From IMG/VR virus record IMGVR_UViG_3300042549_005931, positions 205,134 to 269,133 of that record: a stretch of 64,000 bases of DNA; one strand, written 5' to 3'. The position numbers and the translations under genes are program-made. Shown one piece after another: positions 16,456 through 27,434 of the stretch (position 1 is its first letter; every line of letters starts with the position of its first letter). The notes beneath the pieces are model-generated. The model was not told the origin of the DNA, ran no database searches, and was given only the letters and a program-made list of their open reading frames with translations.

Positions 16456-17493
16456 ATGAAACAATCTAAAATATTGTTTATCTTAAAAATAAAACAAAAT
16501 TATGGTGTCACTAACGATTATAGTATAGGACTAAGCACGGGTCTTTACAATTCAGCTCAATTTATGAATGAAATGTTAATAGATGGTGGATTTGATTCTC
16601 AAATGGTAAGTGTTGTTGACAACAATGATATTGATAGAGAGGTAACATTACACAAACCAACCCACGTTATTATTGAGGCACTTTGGGTTGTCCCATCTAA
16701 ATTCGAAGTTCTTTGCAAATTACACCCAAATGTTAAATGGGTAATTCGTTTACATAGTGAAATACCATTTTTAGCTAACGAAGGAATGGCGATGGATTGG
16801 TTAGGTGAATATTCAAAATATGATAATGTAATAATATCATGTAACTCACCTCAAACCACTAAAGATATTGAATTTTTTATTCGAGCCAAAACGGGTATTG
16901 ATAAAAAAATTGTATTTTTACCAAATTTTTATCCACAAGAATATAAAACAAAATCATTTAATTATAAAAGTGATATAATCCATGTGGGATGTTTTGGTGC
17001 GGTTAGACCACTTAAGAATCATCTTATACAAGCGGTCGCGGCAATTAAATTTGCAGATGAATTAGGTAAAAAATTACATTTTCATATTAATTCGGATAGG
17101 ATTGAACAAAAAGGAGAACCAATATTAAATAACCTATTAGGTATGTTTAATCATTTAGAACATAAAGGACATCAATTGGTACACCATGAATGGAGTGTTA
17201 GAGAAGAATTTATTCAATTATGTTCCACAATGGATATAGGTATTCAAATATCCTTTAATGAAACTTTTAATATAGTAGGGGCTGATGTGATTTCACAGGG
17301 GGTTCCGTTAGTATCATCACCAGAAATACCTTGGGCTAATTCATTATTTACCGCAAGACAAACAAATACGGATGATATTGTAAATTCATTATTATGTACT
17401 TACAAATACCCTAAAATTAATGTGTTATTAAATCAAAGAGGTCTTAAACAATATACAAATAAAACAAAAAAAATATGGTTTAAGTTTTTTTAA
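16456..17493 (+). CDS. GT-B fold (GT4-like) glycosyltransferase
   Basis: GCFGAVRPLKNH...SFNETFNIVGAD. Confidence 0.75.
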   Translation: MKQSKILFILKIKQNYGVTNDYSIGLSTGLYNSAQFMNEMLIDGGFDSQMVSVVDNNDIDREVTLHKPTHVIIEALWVVPSKFEVLCKLHPNVKWVIRLHSEIPFLANEGMAMDWLGEYSKYDNVIISCNSPQTTKDIEFFIRAKTGIDKKIVFLPNFYPQEYKTKSFNYKSDIIHVGCFGAVRPLKNHLIQAVAAIKFADELGKKLHFHINSDRIEQKGEPILNNLLGMFNHLEHKGHQLVHHEWSVREEFIQLCSTMDIGIQISFNETFNIVGADVISQGVPLVSSPEIPWANSLFTARQTNTDDIVNSLLCTYKYPKINVLLNQRGLKQYTNKTKKIWFKFF

Positions 17494-17521
17494 CGATATT
17501 TATATAGGTAAATAATATAAT

Positions 17522-17662
17522 ATGGCATTATTAAAAATTTCTGACGAGGAACGAAATAGAATTTCGGAACAACATAAAAAACTTGAAAAACAAGTCCAAC
17601 AAAATAAAGACGAATTAAAAAAAGGTTTACAACCACCTGAAAATAAAAAAACCTCCAATTAG
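17522..17662 (+). CDS. 46-aa protein with ISDEERNRI leader-like N-terminus
   Basis: MALLKISDEERNRISEQHKK...; TATTTATA at 17497; bidirectional terminator at 17645-17672. Confidence 0.6.
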   Translation: MALLKISDEERNRISEQHKKLEKQVQQNKDELKKGLQPPENKKTSN

Positions 17663-17674
17663 GAGGTTTTTTTA

Positions 17675-20029
17675 TTAGTTTTCTCTACGTTCATCTCTAT
17701 TATAATGTTCAAAACGATTGTGTTCGGTTGGTGTTGCCAACAATATACCAAAATTCATTTTACCTTTAACGGTGTCTTGATACATTTGAGACATCCATGT
17801 TTGTTCATATGGATGTTGCCATTTGGTATCTAAAAACATTTTCTTATTACCTTCTCTTGAAACCACTTGTGGCCAATTACAATAGTAAATTTCACCGGTT
17901 GCGTATGGTAATTGTCTATGTGACTTTATATTTTTAAATTTCTGAAATGGGGCCAAGTTAACATCATCAGAATTTTTTATTGGTACTTCAGGGAATAATT
18001 CCGCTCTTACGTGTGCCGGAACATTATGCCAAGCCCATTGTTTTGTATTATCACCAAAAAACTCACTAAAATTCCATTTAAGAAAATCAAAGTTTTCCAT
18101 CCATATAATATTCATCATGATATTATAGAAGTCATTTATTTTTCTTCTAAATCCATTTCTACAAAACTCATCTTTACCCAAGTAAAAAAACATATCATCC
18201 TCAAAAAAGAAATGATAATCAAATTCATTTTCTTCAGCATGTTCAGCAATAAATTGTCTACCACCACATATACCTAAATTATCTTTTTTAATCTCAACAA
18301 ATCCATATTTCTCACATAATTCTTTATACTTTTCATCAGTTGATTTATCGATTGAATTATTTAATAGGAATTTTTTTGGTTGGGTTAAAAAGTTATTATC
18401 ATATATTTCAAATGAAGTGCATAATTTTTCAAATTGACTTGGAGAGTTATAAGTTAATACATATAAAGCTACATTATTCATGTTATGTTCATTAATTTTT
18501 ACGTTACCACCTGATTCAACCTTAGGTGTTAAGTTATCGGTTTTTAAATTTTCAAAAAACAAACCCAATAATCCATTATGTTCTATTTCAAAATATTGGA
18601 AATATTCCGGGTACTTGTATAGTAAAATAGTAAATAAACTTTCTTCAGTACCCATATATCCCATACCCAATGTTGTGGACATCAAATTATAATACAACTC
18701 ATTAACCTTTGGTATTAAATGTTTTGGACCACCAAATATGCCGCCTCTTGCAACTTTATCTACCTCACCGCCAGCATATTCACACATTGGAGAATATTCA
18801 AATCCATGTATTTCAACTTTACCATCATAAGGGAAAGATACAAAACTAAATTTGGAAAAATACTTGTCAATTTTTTTAATAACGTTATCATGTGAAAAAT
18901 AACCTTCATGCACGGTATTGGTTAATGCACCATCAATCCAAACTAAATGTGATGAATTAAATGGGTCCATAATCATCGCATCATTTAATAAAAACATTTT
19001 TGACATAACAATTGGATTGTACATATCTAACTTTGCTTGAGTGCTTTCAACTAACCAACCAACTTGATTATACCAATCTGGATTTGTTCTAATCTTTTGT
19101 ATTTTATCATACAATTCCCCGTTATTCTTAAACCAATCTAATTCTTTAACAATAATTAAAGTGTTATGTTCTGACCTACGTTCCTTAACAAAATCTTTAT
19201 ATTTTTCTTCGATGAAAATAATCATATTATCTTCAACTAACATAAGTTTCTTTAGATGGTTAAGATAGTGGTCGAATTTTCTACTCCAACCTTCAGTAAG
19301 TTCTTCTCTTTTAATATCCCATATTCCCGTCACAATTGTAGTACCGCCATAGTTAATCTCTTTTTTCGGTTCTTTCTGTGGATTTAAATTTTCAACAACA
19401 CCATTCTTTTTGTATACACCTAATTGTTCACATACTTCGATAACAGTATACTCGACACCTCTTTCTTTAAATGTATCCTCAATTGCAGCTCTAACACCAG
19501 GTAAATCAAATCGTTGATAATCATGAAAACAAATATAACCTCCGTCACTAACTCTATCAAAAATTTTATTTAAACTATCATAAATCGAATCGTAAAAGTC
19601 ACCATCTAAAAATGCAAATGATATTTTTTCTGGTAATTTATCTTCAGGAACATCTTTAAACCAATCCTTATGAATAATTGGTGTTGGTATGTTATTTTGT
19701 TCAAAATTTGAGATTAGAATTTCTTCAGTACTTTTTAATGTTCCCGCTTTCCATCCAGTGTTTTCTTCCCATTTTGATAACGGAGGTAAACCCTCAAAAG
19801 AATCATAAACATATAATTTTTTTTCTGATTCCATCTCAATTAATGTCTTCATCAAATACTTTGATGATTCCCCAACATAGCAACCAAATTCTGTAACGTC
19901 ACCCTCTATGTTCTCTTCAATTGATTTAATCAAAAAACTAACTAAATTTTTTATTTGGTCATCGTTTATTATTGATGAGTCAATTTTTTTATTTTCAAAT
20001 TTTAAAATATTATCTTTTTTACTAATCAT
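17675..20029 (-). CDS. fusion of TylF/NovP-type O-methyltransferase, HtrL/YibB-like domain and GT-like domain
   Basis: EFGCYVG...DSFEGLP...FLDGDFY...FHDY; TIVTGIWDI...MSKMFLL...WIDG; C-terminal FFEDD. Confidence 0.8.
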   Translation of the reverse strand: MISKKDNILKFENKKIDSSIINDDQIKNLVSFLIKSIEENIEGDVTEFGCYVGESSKYLMKTLIEMESEKKLYVYDSFEGLPPLSKWEENTGWKAGTLKSTEEILISNFEQNNIPTPIIHKDWFKDVPEDKLPEKISFAFLDGDFYDSIYDSLNKIFDRVSDGGYICFHDYQRFDLPGVRAAIEDTFKERGVEYTVIEVCEQLGVYKKNGVVENLNPQKEPKKEINYGGTTIVTGIWDIKREELTEGWSRKFDHYLNHLKKLMLVEDNMIIFIEEKYKDFVKERRSEHNTLIIVKELDWFKNNGELYDKIQKIRTNPDWYNQVGWLVESTQAKLDMYNPIVMSKMFLLNDAMIMDPFNSSHLVWIDGALTNTVHEGYFSHDNVIKKIDKYFSKFSFVSFPYDGKVEIHGFEYSPMCEYAGGEVDKVARGGIFGGPKHLIPKVNELYYNLMSTTLGMGYMGTEESLFTILLYKYPEYFQYFEIEHNGLLGLFFENLKTDNLTPKVESGGNVKINEHNMNNVALYVLTYNSPSQFEKLCTSFEIYDNNFLTQPKKFLLNNSIDKSTDEKYKELCEKYGFVEIKKDNLGICGGRQFIAEHAEENEFDYHFFFEDDMFFYLGKDEFCRNGFRRKINDFYNIMMNIIWMENFDFLKWNFSEFFGDNTKQWAWHNVPAHVRAELFPEVPIKNSDDVNLAPFQKFKNIKSHRQLPYATGEIYYCNWPQVVSREGNKKMFLDTKWQHPYEQTWMSQMYQDTVKGKMNFGILLATPTEHNRFEHYNRDERREN

Positions 20030-20778
20030 ATCTCATTTTTTAATAATTCTAAATCATACGGAACATTTGTCCCATTAATTTTTTGAAATGTCACTTCTTT
20101 ATTATCACTTTTGTATTCTTCCATAAATTTTAAATTTTCTTCAAGAAGATGTGACATTGTCCATCCTAATTTATGACAAAACCATCTACTCACATTCGCA
20201 TTTAATGGTTCTCTATCCATTATTATTAGTCTATCATATTGTCTTGAAATAAAATACATTAAATGTTCAAAACCTTCTGGATTTGGTATTGAATAGAGAT
20301 AATCAAAAAATTCAACACTGTGTAATTTCATATCTTCAAAAATATTATTTTTGTTTGTATTGGCAAAGAATATATCGGTAGACATATTAATTCTTTTGTA
20401 CCATATATTACCAGCATATGCACAATTTTGATTTTCAATATTCTTTAATATTTGAATTAATTTTTTTTCGTCCAATAACCAACTATCGATGGATAGTTTT
20501 ACCCATAAATTTACCCCGTTTGATTTTAGAAAATCATATCCACCTAATGTTAACTCACAATCTGCATCCGCATAATCACATCCACTTGGGTGTCTATCAT
20601 TACCTCTACCCCCATTAGGTTTATATTGACATCTAAAATCACATTCAAAATTTTCATCCGAACCATTATAACATAATGCAACATGTGGTTTTATTATTTC
20701 ATATGAATCTAATATTTTTTTTAGTTCAGGCCAATACTCCTCTCTATTATAACAAGTAATTATAAAATTAACATTCAT
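20026..20778 (-). CDS. hypothetical protein, GT-A-like
   Basis: 250-aa ORF inside the glycan cluster. Confidence 0.6.
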   Translation of the reverse strand: MNVNFIITCYNREEYWPELKKILDSYEIIKPHVALCYNGSDENFECDFRCQYKPNGGRGNDRHPSGCDYADADCELTLGGYDFLKSNGVNLWVKLSIDSWLLDEKKLIQILKNIENQNCAYAGNIWYKRINMSTDIFFANTNKNNIFEDMKLHSVEFFDYLYSIPNPEGFEHLMYFISRQYDRLIIMDREPLNANVSRWFCHKLGWTMSHLLEENLKFMEEYKSDNKEVTFQKINGTNVPYDLELLKNEI

Positions 20779-20781
20779 ACT

Positions 20782-22299
20782 CTACAAAGGATTATTTTTA
20801 ATATATTCTTCTCCATTTATTTCCGGTGTGGATTTACTTCCTCCCTGATATCTTCTTGATGCGTCGGTATGACCAACATATGGACCCTCACCTAAATTAC
20901 CATATAAAAAAGTACCCCAATCATCTTTGATGTCATCCCACTTATTTTCCGATATAATTTTTCTATATGTCGGTATCATTGTCTCCTCAACATTATGTTG
21001 ACCTTGATGTATTTTACCTACACCACCATTATCGATATATAATTCAAACCACTCTTTCATTTTAGATAATCGAAACATTGCCGGATTGTTAGACCATCTA
21101 CAAACCGTAATTAAATCAACCTCACTAACTCTATTTTCTAAATCAAAAGGTGTTACGTTATTATCAATATCTGTGGCAATATCAAACCCTCGCATGACAT
21201 TATCATCTTTAGAAAACCAAACCGCATTTATAAAGTTGTGGTTATTAAACGCATCAATTAAAGATAAAAAATCAATGTTGTCCTTTTTAAGGAAAACCCA
21301 ATCATGCTCTAAAAATATAAAATATGGTGTACGTATTTTTTTCACCATACTATCTAAACTATTAATTAATCCACCAAATCCGGTTGAAAGTGTTATATTA
21401 AATTCACTAATATAATCTCTGAAATATGCATTTAATCTAACCTGTTCAAGTCTAACATCAAACCCACTCGTCTCATCATAATGGATTAAAATTTTACATT
21501 TTTTTAATTCATTAGGTAAACTATGGAATAAATATTTTAAGTAAAACATATAATTTTCAACAAAGTGACCTGTAATAACAATTGTAACTTCTTTTTCTAT
21601 TTTATTTTCCATAAAGTTTTCTTTGTAATTATCAAATAAAAATCTATGATAATTTCCTTGAATCCATGTACTATAATCAACGGGACCTCTTGGTTGAAGA
21701 GTTGAAACAAATCCACTTGCATGGTTAATTAGTAATGGTAAAGTTGTTAATGTTTTAAATCCGTAATTATTTAACAGGGGAAGATAATCGTCTATTGCAA
21801 TGTAATCTCTTTTGTAATTGGAATTATCCAATAAAAATTGATAAGCTCTTTTCTTAATCAAATATGCCCACGCTCCCGTACTTTTATCAACCACACCTAA
21901 ATTTTCGGTAATTGGTACTATAAATGATTTAGGATTACACCCAAATAAAAGTACATCCCATTCTACATTTTCTAAATCACTTTTAACCTTTTCTATAGAG
22001 TCTTTAAAAAATGTTTTTTCTGTTTTTATTGGGAGATAACATTCATCTTCAATATTAATATCATCCTCAACAACAAATATAATTTCTAAATCTTCATCTA
22101 ATGATTGTTTGAATATACCTAAATGACTTTTGGTGCAAGAAAATTGTATCATTTCATCAGTCAATGCATCAAATCTTTCTAACCCCTCTATTTGATATTT
22201 TAAAATTAAATTTTCTATGTGTTCTTTTCTGTCAACAGATGACGATAGATTAATATAAAATCCCTTATCGGCAAAAGTATTACCTAATATACTAAACAT
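20782..22299 (-). CDS. GT25-like glycosyltransferase fused to a second GT-A-like domain
   Basis: YINLSSSVDRK...CTKSH...VVEDD; FLEHDW. Confidence 0.78.
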   Translation of the reverse strand: MFSILGNTFADKGFYINLSSSVDRKEHIENLILKYQIEGLERFDALTDEMIQFSCTKSHLGIFKQSLDEDLEIIFVVEDDINIEDECYLPIKTEKTFFKDSIEKVKSDLENVEWDVLLFGCNPKSFIVPITENLGVVDKSTGAWAYLIKKRAYQFLLDNSNYKRDYIAIDDYLPLLNNYGFKTLTTLPLLINHASGFVSTLQPRGPVDYSTWIQGNYHRFLFDNYKENFMENKIEKEVTIVITGHFVENYMFYLKYLFHSLPNELKKCKILIHYDETSGFDVRLEQVRLNAYFRDYISEFNITLSTGFGGLINSLDSMVKKIRTPYFIFLEHDWVFLKKDNIDFLSLIDAFNNHNFINAVWFSKDDNVMRGFDIATDIDNNVTPFDLENRVSEVDLITVCRWSNNPAMFRLSKMKEWFELYIDNGGVGKIHQGQHNVEETMIPTYRKIISENKWDDIKDDWGTFLYGNLGEGPYVGHTDASRRYQGGSKSTPEINGEEYIKNNPL

Positions 22300-22960
22300 A
22301 CTTTAATAGTTCTTTTTTAATTATTAATTTATTTCCCTCCTCATATTGAACTTCGGCAATGTCGTCAATTAAAACTACCTCATCCATATTGTTAATCCGT
22401 TCAATTAAATCAGAAAACCCTCTAACTTTATCATTGTTTATATGTAGATTTATATCCTCAAATAAAATTAAATCAGGGATAATGTTGTTATCAAAAGCCT
22501 GTAGAATAATTTCACTATCCATTCCCTCACAATCAATTTTTAAAAAATTAATTTTATCAATTTCATATTTTTCAATGAGGTCTTTAAATGTTATTTTAGT
22601 TACAGGTATTTTATCGGTATATTCACTTTCTTCTCTAAAAAAAGAACATAACCCTCTTGAATCATCATTTTTTGGTGTTATTAAAAAATCCTCACCTTTT
22701 TCAATGTGTATCGCCGAATTTTCGTACTTAAAATTGTTATTCGGGTAATGTTGTTGATAATTACTCACGAGCAAATCAAATCTCTCTTTAACAGGTTCAA
22801 CAAATAAACTTGACCAATTTATGTTTAATAAATTAGATAGGAAAACCTCATCTACAAAGATACCATCATTTGCACCTATTGAAACGAATGTGAAATTTTC
22901 GTTATCACTAATGTTACTTAATATTTTTTTTAATTTTATCATATTAATATCTATCTTCAA
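22292..22960 (-). CDS. FkbM-family methyltransferase
   Basis: IGANDG...FVEP...LKIDCEGMD. Confidence 0.85.
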   Translation of the reverse strand: MKIDINMIKLKKILSNISDNENFTFVSIGANDGIFVDEVFLSNLLNINWSSLFVEPVKERFDLLVSNYQQHYPNNNFKYENSAIHIEKGEDFLITPKNDDSRGLCSFFREESEYTDKIPVTKITFKDLIEKYEIDKINFLKIDCEGMDSEIILQAFDNNIIPDLILFEDINLHINNDKVRGFSDLIERINNMDEVVLIDDIAEVQYEEGNKLIIKKELLKYV

Positions 22961-23696
22961 ATACGTGATGAGTCACAAAAAGTGTATCAGTATGTATTAA
23001 TTTATAATCCGACATCGGTATTACAAACGATAAGTTTGATAGATATCCGGTTTTATATCCGTAAGGTTTTTCATAACCATAGTTGGCAATGAAATCCCAT
23101 TTATTGAAAAAGTTTAATAAGCTTTCTTTATCTTTTCCAAAAAATAATTGATTTGTTCCATCCAAAGTGTCGTAGTCATCACCAAATTTTAAATTTAAAT
23201 CATCAATATATTGTTGGTGGTAATAAAATAATTCTTGATTTGGATGTCTGTGTTTATAAACAAATCGTGCGGAAGACGTTTTAACGGTATTTGGTTCGTA
23301 TAAACTCATTAAATGATTCATAACTACTTCTTTTGAAAAACCGTCTTTTATTTTAGTGTCACATTCTAAAAAATATAAACCTAAATAACCATCTTCGGCA
23401 GCCTTTCTAAGAATAAACCGTCTCAAATTCCACGGATATCTAGCCGGATATAAACCCGCCGGGTCTTCAGGTAACGGCTCATTAATTTTTGAATTTTCAT
23501 TATCTTTTCTTAAATCTTCAATATCAAAAACTTTTATTAGTGGATGATTTTCATATTCACTAAATTCTTTTTTTAGATTTGTTGAGATATAAAATGGTAT
23601 ATCCAAACCCAATTCTAAAAATCTTTTAATATTATAATCCTTTACTCTCTTGACGTAATTAGGATAATTGGCCTCAGTTAAAAAACAAATATTCAT
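22944..23696 (-). CDS. hypothetical protein, GT-like
   Basis: 250-aa ORF in the glycan cluster. Confidence 0.6.
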   Translation of the reverse strand: MNICFLTEANYPNYVKRVKDYNIKRFLELGLDIPFYISTNLKKEFSEYENHPLIKVFDIEDLRKDNENSKINEPLPEDPAGLYPARYPWNLRRFILRKAAEDGYLGLYFLECDTKIKDGFSKEVVMNHLMSLYEPNTVKTSSARFVYKHRHPNQELFYYHQQYIDDLNLKFGDDYDTLDGTNQLFFGKDKESLLNFFNKWDFIANYGYEKPYGYKTGYLSNLSFVIPMSDYKLIHTDTLFVTHHVFEDRY

Positions 23697-23697
23697 A

Positions 23698-24951
23698 TTA
23701 TAAAACCCCCGTTAATCTTTCTCCCCACCCATGTTTTTCAGAATGTGCCCAAACGACCCATTTATGTGGTTTTTTAACTGTATCAAAACTTCTCCAAACC
23801 TTACAATAACCATCCGGGTCGTTTTTCATCATTCTAATTTCATTAACATCGGCATCCTTTCTGTAAATCTCAACCCCATCCTCATCTTCAAATGCGACGG
23901 CCCAAAATGTATAATCATCATGTGGTACTTGACTATAATTAATATCGATACAATGTTTGAATATTTGTGAGAATGATTTTTGATACTCATCAAAATCTTC
24001 AATTACAGGATTCGGTGCCAAATTATTTTCTAACGTATATTGTTGTACACCACGTTTTTTAAACGATAAACCCGAATACGCTTCATATTCCGCCAATGTT
24101 CTTTTTGTACCAAAGTCATATACACCAAAATCAACATCTTTAACTTCACCGTCCATCTCAAATAATTTACGATTACGTTTATGACAATTATTATTTCTTG
24201 TTACCCAAACAGGGTCATCGTCCCATTGTTTCTTTCTACCTTTTCTTGTGTATTCATGCCAAACAAGTACTTTATGTGGGTGAAATAAATCATACCCATT
24301 AGTAAAAGCTCTAACAGCAATTGAAATTTCTTCACCATGAAAATAATACTCAGGGTCGTGAGGCACCTCAACGGTAAACTGACCTAATGTAAAACAAAAG
24401 TGTGCGGAATAGAATCTTGCCGGTACGGGTTCCGTTCTTTCTTGATAATCATCAATAGTTGCAGGAATAAAAAATACCGCACCTTCTGGAATAAATCTAT
24501 CAAAATTCATTTTCCAAGGTTGTAAAACTCTACCCGATGGGTCGTTGTCAGGGTCAAATGACGAAACATAACCGGTTAATAAAGGTTTCTCATGACCTTT
24601 CTTTTGGAGTTGTTTAATCATACCAATTGCCTCAACATCCCAATCTTGAATAAATCTATGATGTGAATCTAATTGAAGTGTGTATTCTTCACCGTCATAT
24701 TGTTGTTGTAATTGATTTCTCGCCCAACAAGCACCTTGACTATCTTTATAATCGATATCAATAATTTTGAATCTTTTATCTTTTTTAAACTCATCAAGAT
24801 TGTCCCACTCATCTTCAGGTGAATGTTGCCAAGCAATTGAAAAAACCAATTTTTTAGGGTTTTTTGCCTTTTCAATACAATCTTTAATAGTTGGAATTAA
24901 TTGAGGGTCTCTATAAGAGGCTATTTGAATAAATATTTTTCCGTTTCCCAT
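23698..24951 (-). CDS. GT60/Gnt1-like (Skp1 hydroxyproline GlcNAc-transferase family) glycosyltransferase
   Basis: IASYRDP...GACWAR...LQLDSHHRF...SAHFCF...HGEEI. Confidence 0.82.
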   Translation of the reverse strand: MGNGKIFIQIASYRDPQLIPTIKDCIEKAKNPKKLVFSIAWQHSPEDEWDNLDEFKKDKRFKIIDIDYKDSQGACWARNQLQQQYDGEEYTLQLDSHHRFIQDWDVEAIGMIKQLQKKGHEKPLLTGYVSSFDPDNDPSGRVLQPWKMNFDRFIPEGAVFFIPATIDDYQERTEPVPARFYSAHFCFTLGQFTVEVPHDPEYYFHGEEISIAVRAFTNGYDLFHPHKVLVWHEYTRKGRKKQWDDDPVWVTRNNNCHKRNRKLFEMDGEVKDVDFGVYDFGTKRTLAEYEAYSGLSFKKRGVQQYTLENNLAPNPVIEDFDEYQKSFSQIFKHCIDINYSQVPHDDYTFWAVAFEDEDGVEIYRKDADVNEIRMMKNDPDGYCKVWRSFDTVKKPHKWVVWAHSEKHGWGERLTGVL

Positions 24952-25062
24952 GTAATGTTTTTTTTATAATGTAGGTAAAAAAATTCATTTAATAAACCTA
25001 ATGATATTTTTTTTAATAAAAATATTGTAGTATATTTGGTCGTTAAACTAAACAATAAAGGT

Positions 25063-26136
25063 ATGTCAAAACAACTTTTCGATTTCGATGATATTCTAAT
25101 TCAACCGGCAGATGTGACCCGAATTGAAAGCCGTAGTGAAATTAATGCACGTTACCGTGATTATTTACCACTCATGACCGCACCAATGGATACTGTTGTT
25201 AGTGAAGAGAACAAACGTCTATTTGATGATTTAGGTATTAGGGTTGTGTTACCAAGAATAAGTAACCCGAACGATAACTACGTTTCAAGTAGTGAATTCC
25301 TATCATATAGTTTAACTGACTTTGAAAGAATATTCTTGGATAGAACACCGGAACGTAAGTACCGCAAAATGTGTGCACTAATTGATGTGGCTAATGGCCA
25401 TATGGAAAATGTATATGAGTTTGCCAAATCCGCAAAGATAAAATACGAAGATGACTTGATATTAATGGTTGGTAACGTAGCCAATCCGGATACATATTAT
25501 AGATTCGCATCAATTAATGTTGATTATGTGAGAATTGGAATTGGTAATGGTGCGGGTTGTTTAACCACACAACAGACCGGCATTGGTTACCCTATGGCAT
25601 CGTTGATTGAAGAATGTGGTAATATACAAACAAAAAAATTTTACATGGGTAATTGTAATCCATATGAAACAAAAATTGTTGCTGATGGTGGATTCCAAAA
25701 ATACTCTGACGTTATCAAAGCTTTAGCCTTAGGTGCTGATTATGTTATGTTGGGGTCTATATTCAATAAAGCTTTGGAAAGTGCGGGAGAGACACAAAAA
25801 ATGATTCATCACCAAATGGGTGGGTGGGAAACTATTGACCAATATAGTGATGGAGCCAAACAAATGTTAGAATCTGATATTCGTCTTAAAAAAGTGTTTA
25901 GAGGCATGAGTACCAAAGAAGTCCAACGTGATTGGGGTAAAGAGAAGTTAACAACATCAGAAGGTGTGGTTAGAGAACATAGAGTAGAATATACTTTAAG
26001 TCAATGGGTGGAGAACTTTGAAGATTATCTTAAATCGGCAATGAGTTATACCAATAAAAAAACCTTACCGGAGTTTATCGGTAAGGTTAAATATAACTTT
26101 ATTACTATGAATAGTTTAAAAAGATTCAGTAAGTAA
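25063..26136 (+). CDS. GMP reductase / IMP dehydrogenase family protein
   Basis: TAPMDTV, IDVANGH, RIGIGNGAGCLT, ADGG, ADYVMLGS, FRGMS. Confidence 0.88.
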   Translation: MSKQLFDFDDILIQPADVTRIESRSEINARYRDYLPLMTAPMDTVVSEENKRLFDDLGIRVVLPRISNPNDNYVSSSEFLSYSLTDFERIFLDRTPERKYRKMCALIDVANGHMENVYEFAKSAKIKYEDDLILMVGNVANPDTYYRFASINVDYVRIGIGNGAGCLTTQQTGIGYPMASLIEECGNIQTKKFYMGNCNPYETKIVADGGFQKYSDVIKALALGADYVMLGSIFNKALESAGETQKMIHHQMGGWETIDQYSDGAKQMLESDIRLKKVFRGMSTKEVQRDWGKEKLTTSEGVVREHRVEYTLSQWVENFEDYLKSAMSYTNKKTLPEFIGKVKYNFITMNSLKRFSK

Positions 26137-26373
26137 TTAGATGTCGAAATCTTTTTCTTCTTGAGCAGATAATTCACCATCTCTTTTCATACCCTCTTTA
26201 ATATATGTTCTAATTAATTTAGATACTTCCATACCTTTGTGTTCTGCAACCTTTTCGATTTCATTGAAATAAGCAGGTACCACTCTAAAGGTTACCATCT
26301 TAATTAATTGCTTATGTTTTGGTTGGTCTGAATGTCCGATAGGGGACGAATCATTTGATTTTTTAGATGCCAT
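26137..26373 (-). CDS. ribbon-helix-helix-like DNA-binding protein
   Basis: MVTFRV...IEKVAEHKGMEVSKLIRTYI. Confidence 0.65.
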   Translation of the reverse strand: MASKKSNDSSPIGHSDQPKHKQLIKMVTFRVVPAYFNEIEKVAEHKGMEVSKLIRTYIKEGMKRDGELSAQEEKDFDI

Positions 26374-26445
26374 TGTATTACATTTTATATATAAATATTT
26401 GATAAAGTCTTAATTATTCACTATATTAGTAAAAAAAACAAAAAT

Positions 26446-26796
26446 ATGTCAGAAGAAGCAAAAAGTACAACAAAACAGTGTGAGGAATTGTATCCTGAAA
26501 CAACATCCGAATTTAAAAAAATCTTAAAAGAACAATATGATTTGTTCTGTAGAAAACAATTAAATTACGGACCCGATAATATTTCAGTAGGAACTCGTTG
26601 TGAGAAACCTGAAGAAATTAAATTGTCTCAAACGGGTTTGTGGTTCCGTATGAATGACAAAATACAGAGACTTAAGCAATTGGTATTATTAGGTCACGAT
26701 GATACTGTTGGTGAAAGTATTCAAGATAGTTATCAAGATTTATCGGTCTACGGCATTATTGCTCAGATTGTAAGTCGTGGTAAATGGGGAAAATAA
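26446..26796 (+). CDS. DUF1599 / nucleotide-modification-associated domain protein
   Basis: KQLNYG...FRMNDKIQRL...DSYQDLSVYGII. Confidence 0.75.
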   Translation: MSEEAKSTTKQCEELYPETTSEFKKILKEQYDLFCRKQLNYGPDNISVGTRCEKPEEIKLSQTGLWFRMNDKIQRLKQLVLLGHDDTVGESIQDSYQDLSVYGIIAQIVSRGKWGK

Positions 26797-26842
26797 TCCC
26801 CATTTATTTTTTGATGACTATTTATTGAAAACGAAAAAAAAA

Positions 26843-27196
26843 ATGAAAGTGAACATAAATCAACAATCCTTTGTGGCATTTTTAGAAAATGTTACGGAGA
26901 CTATAGTTTCAAACGTTAATGTTGAAAACTATTTTTCATTACCCCAAGATAAAAAGATGAATGTTCTTTATGTAGTTTTTAAATTAATGAAAAATTCATT
27001 AAAAGTAAGAACAAAATTTAGTGACGAAGACTTAAAAGATTTTGTTAACGTTCTTATGAAAAGTAACGTAAACTCAGAAAATTATGAATTTGCTGCAATT
27101 CTAAAAGACATTAGTAACAATTTTGATTCAATCAATGAGGTTACTAAACCGGTTAAAAGACAAACAAGAACAATTAAGACCGGTCCTAAGGAGTAA
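26843..27196 (+). CDS. hypothetical protein
   Basis: Restarted at MKVNIN. Confidence 0.65.
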   Translation: MKVNINQQSFVAFLENVTETIVSNVNVENYFSLPQDKKMNVLYVVFKLMKNSLKVRTKFSDEDLKDFVNVLMKSNVNSENYEFAAILKDISNNFDSINEVTKPVKRQTRTIKTGPKE

Positions 27197-27434
27197 TATC
27201 CTCAAATTCAACATCTTTAATTTCTCGTAAAAACAAATAAACCCCACCATATTGTGGGGTTTTTAATAATATATCACATAACCACAAATCTTTAAGATAC
27301 CTTGCGTAATCTTCTTCAATACGGTCAATCCTTATTCTCTTAAACCCTAAGTAGAGTTTACCGTTATATGGGAATAATTTATTGGTTAAAGTAGTTGTCA
27401 TCAAATAGTCGAAACATGAGATATGTAATCCCAA
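27186..27434 (-). CDS. hypothetical protein
   Basis: ORF; true start may be 27401. Confidence 0.55.
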   Translation of the reverse strand: MGLHISCFDYLMTTTLTNKLFPYNGKLYLGFKRIRIDRIEEDYARYLKDLWLCDILLKTPQYGGVYLFLREIKDVEFEDITP

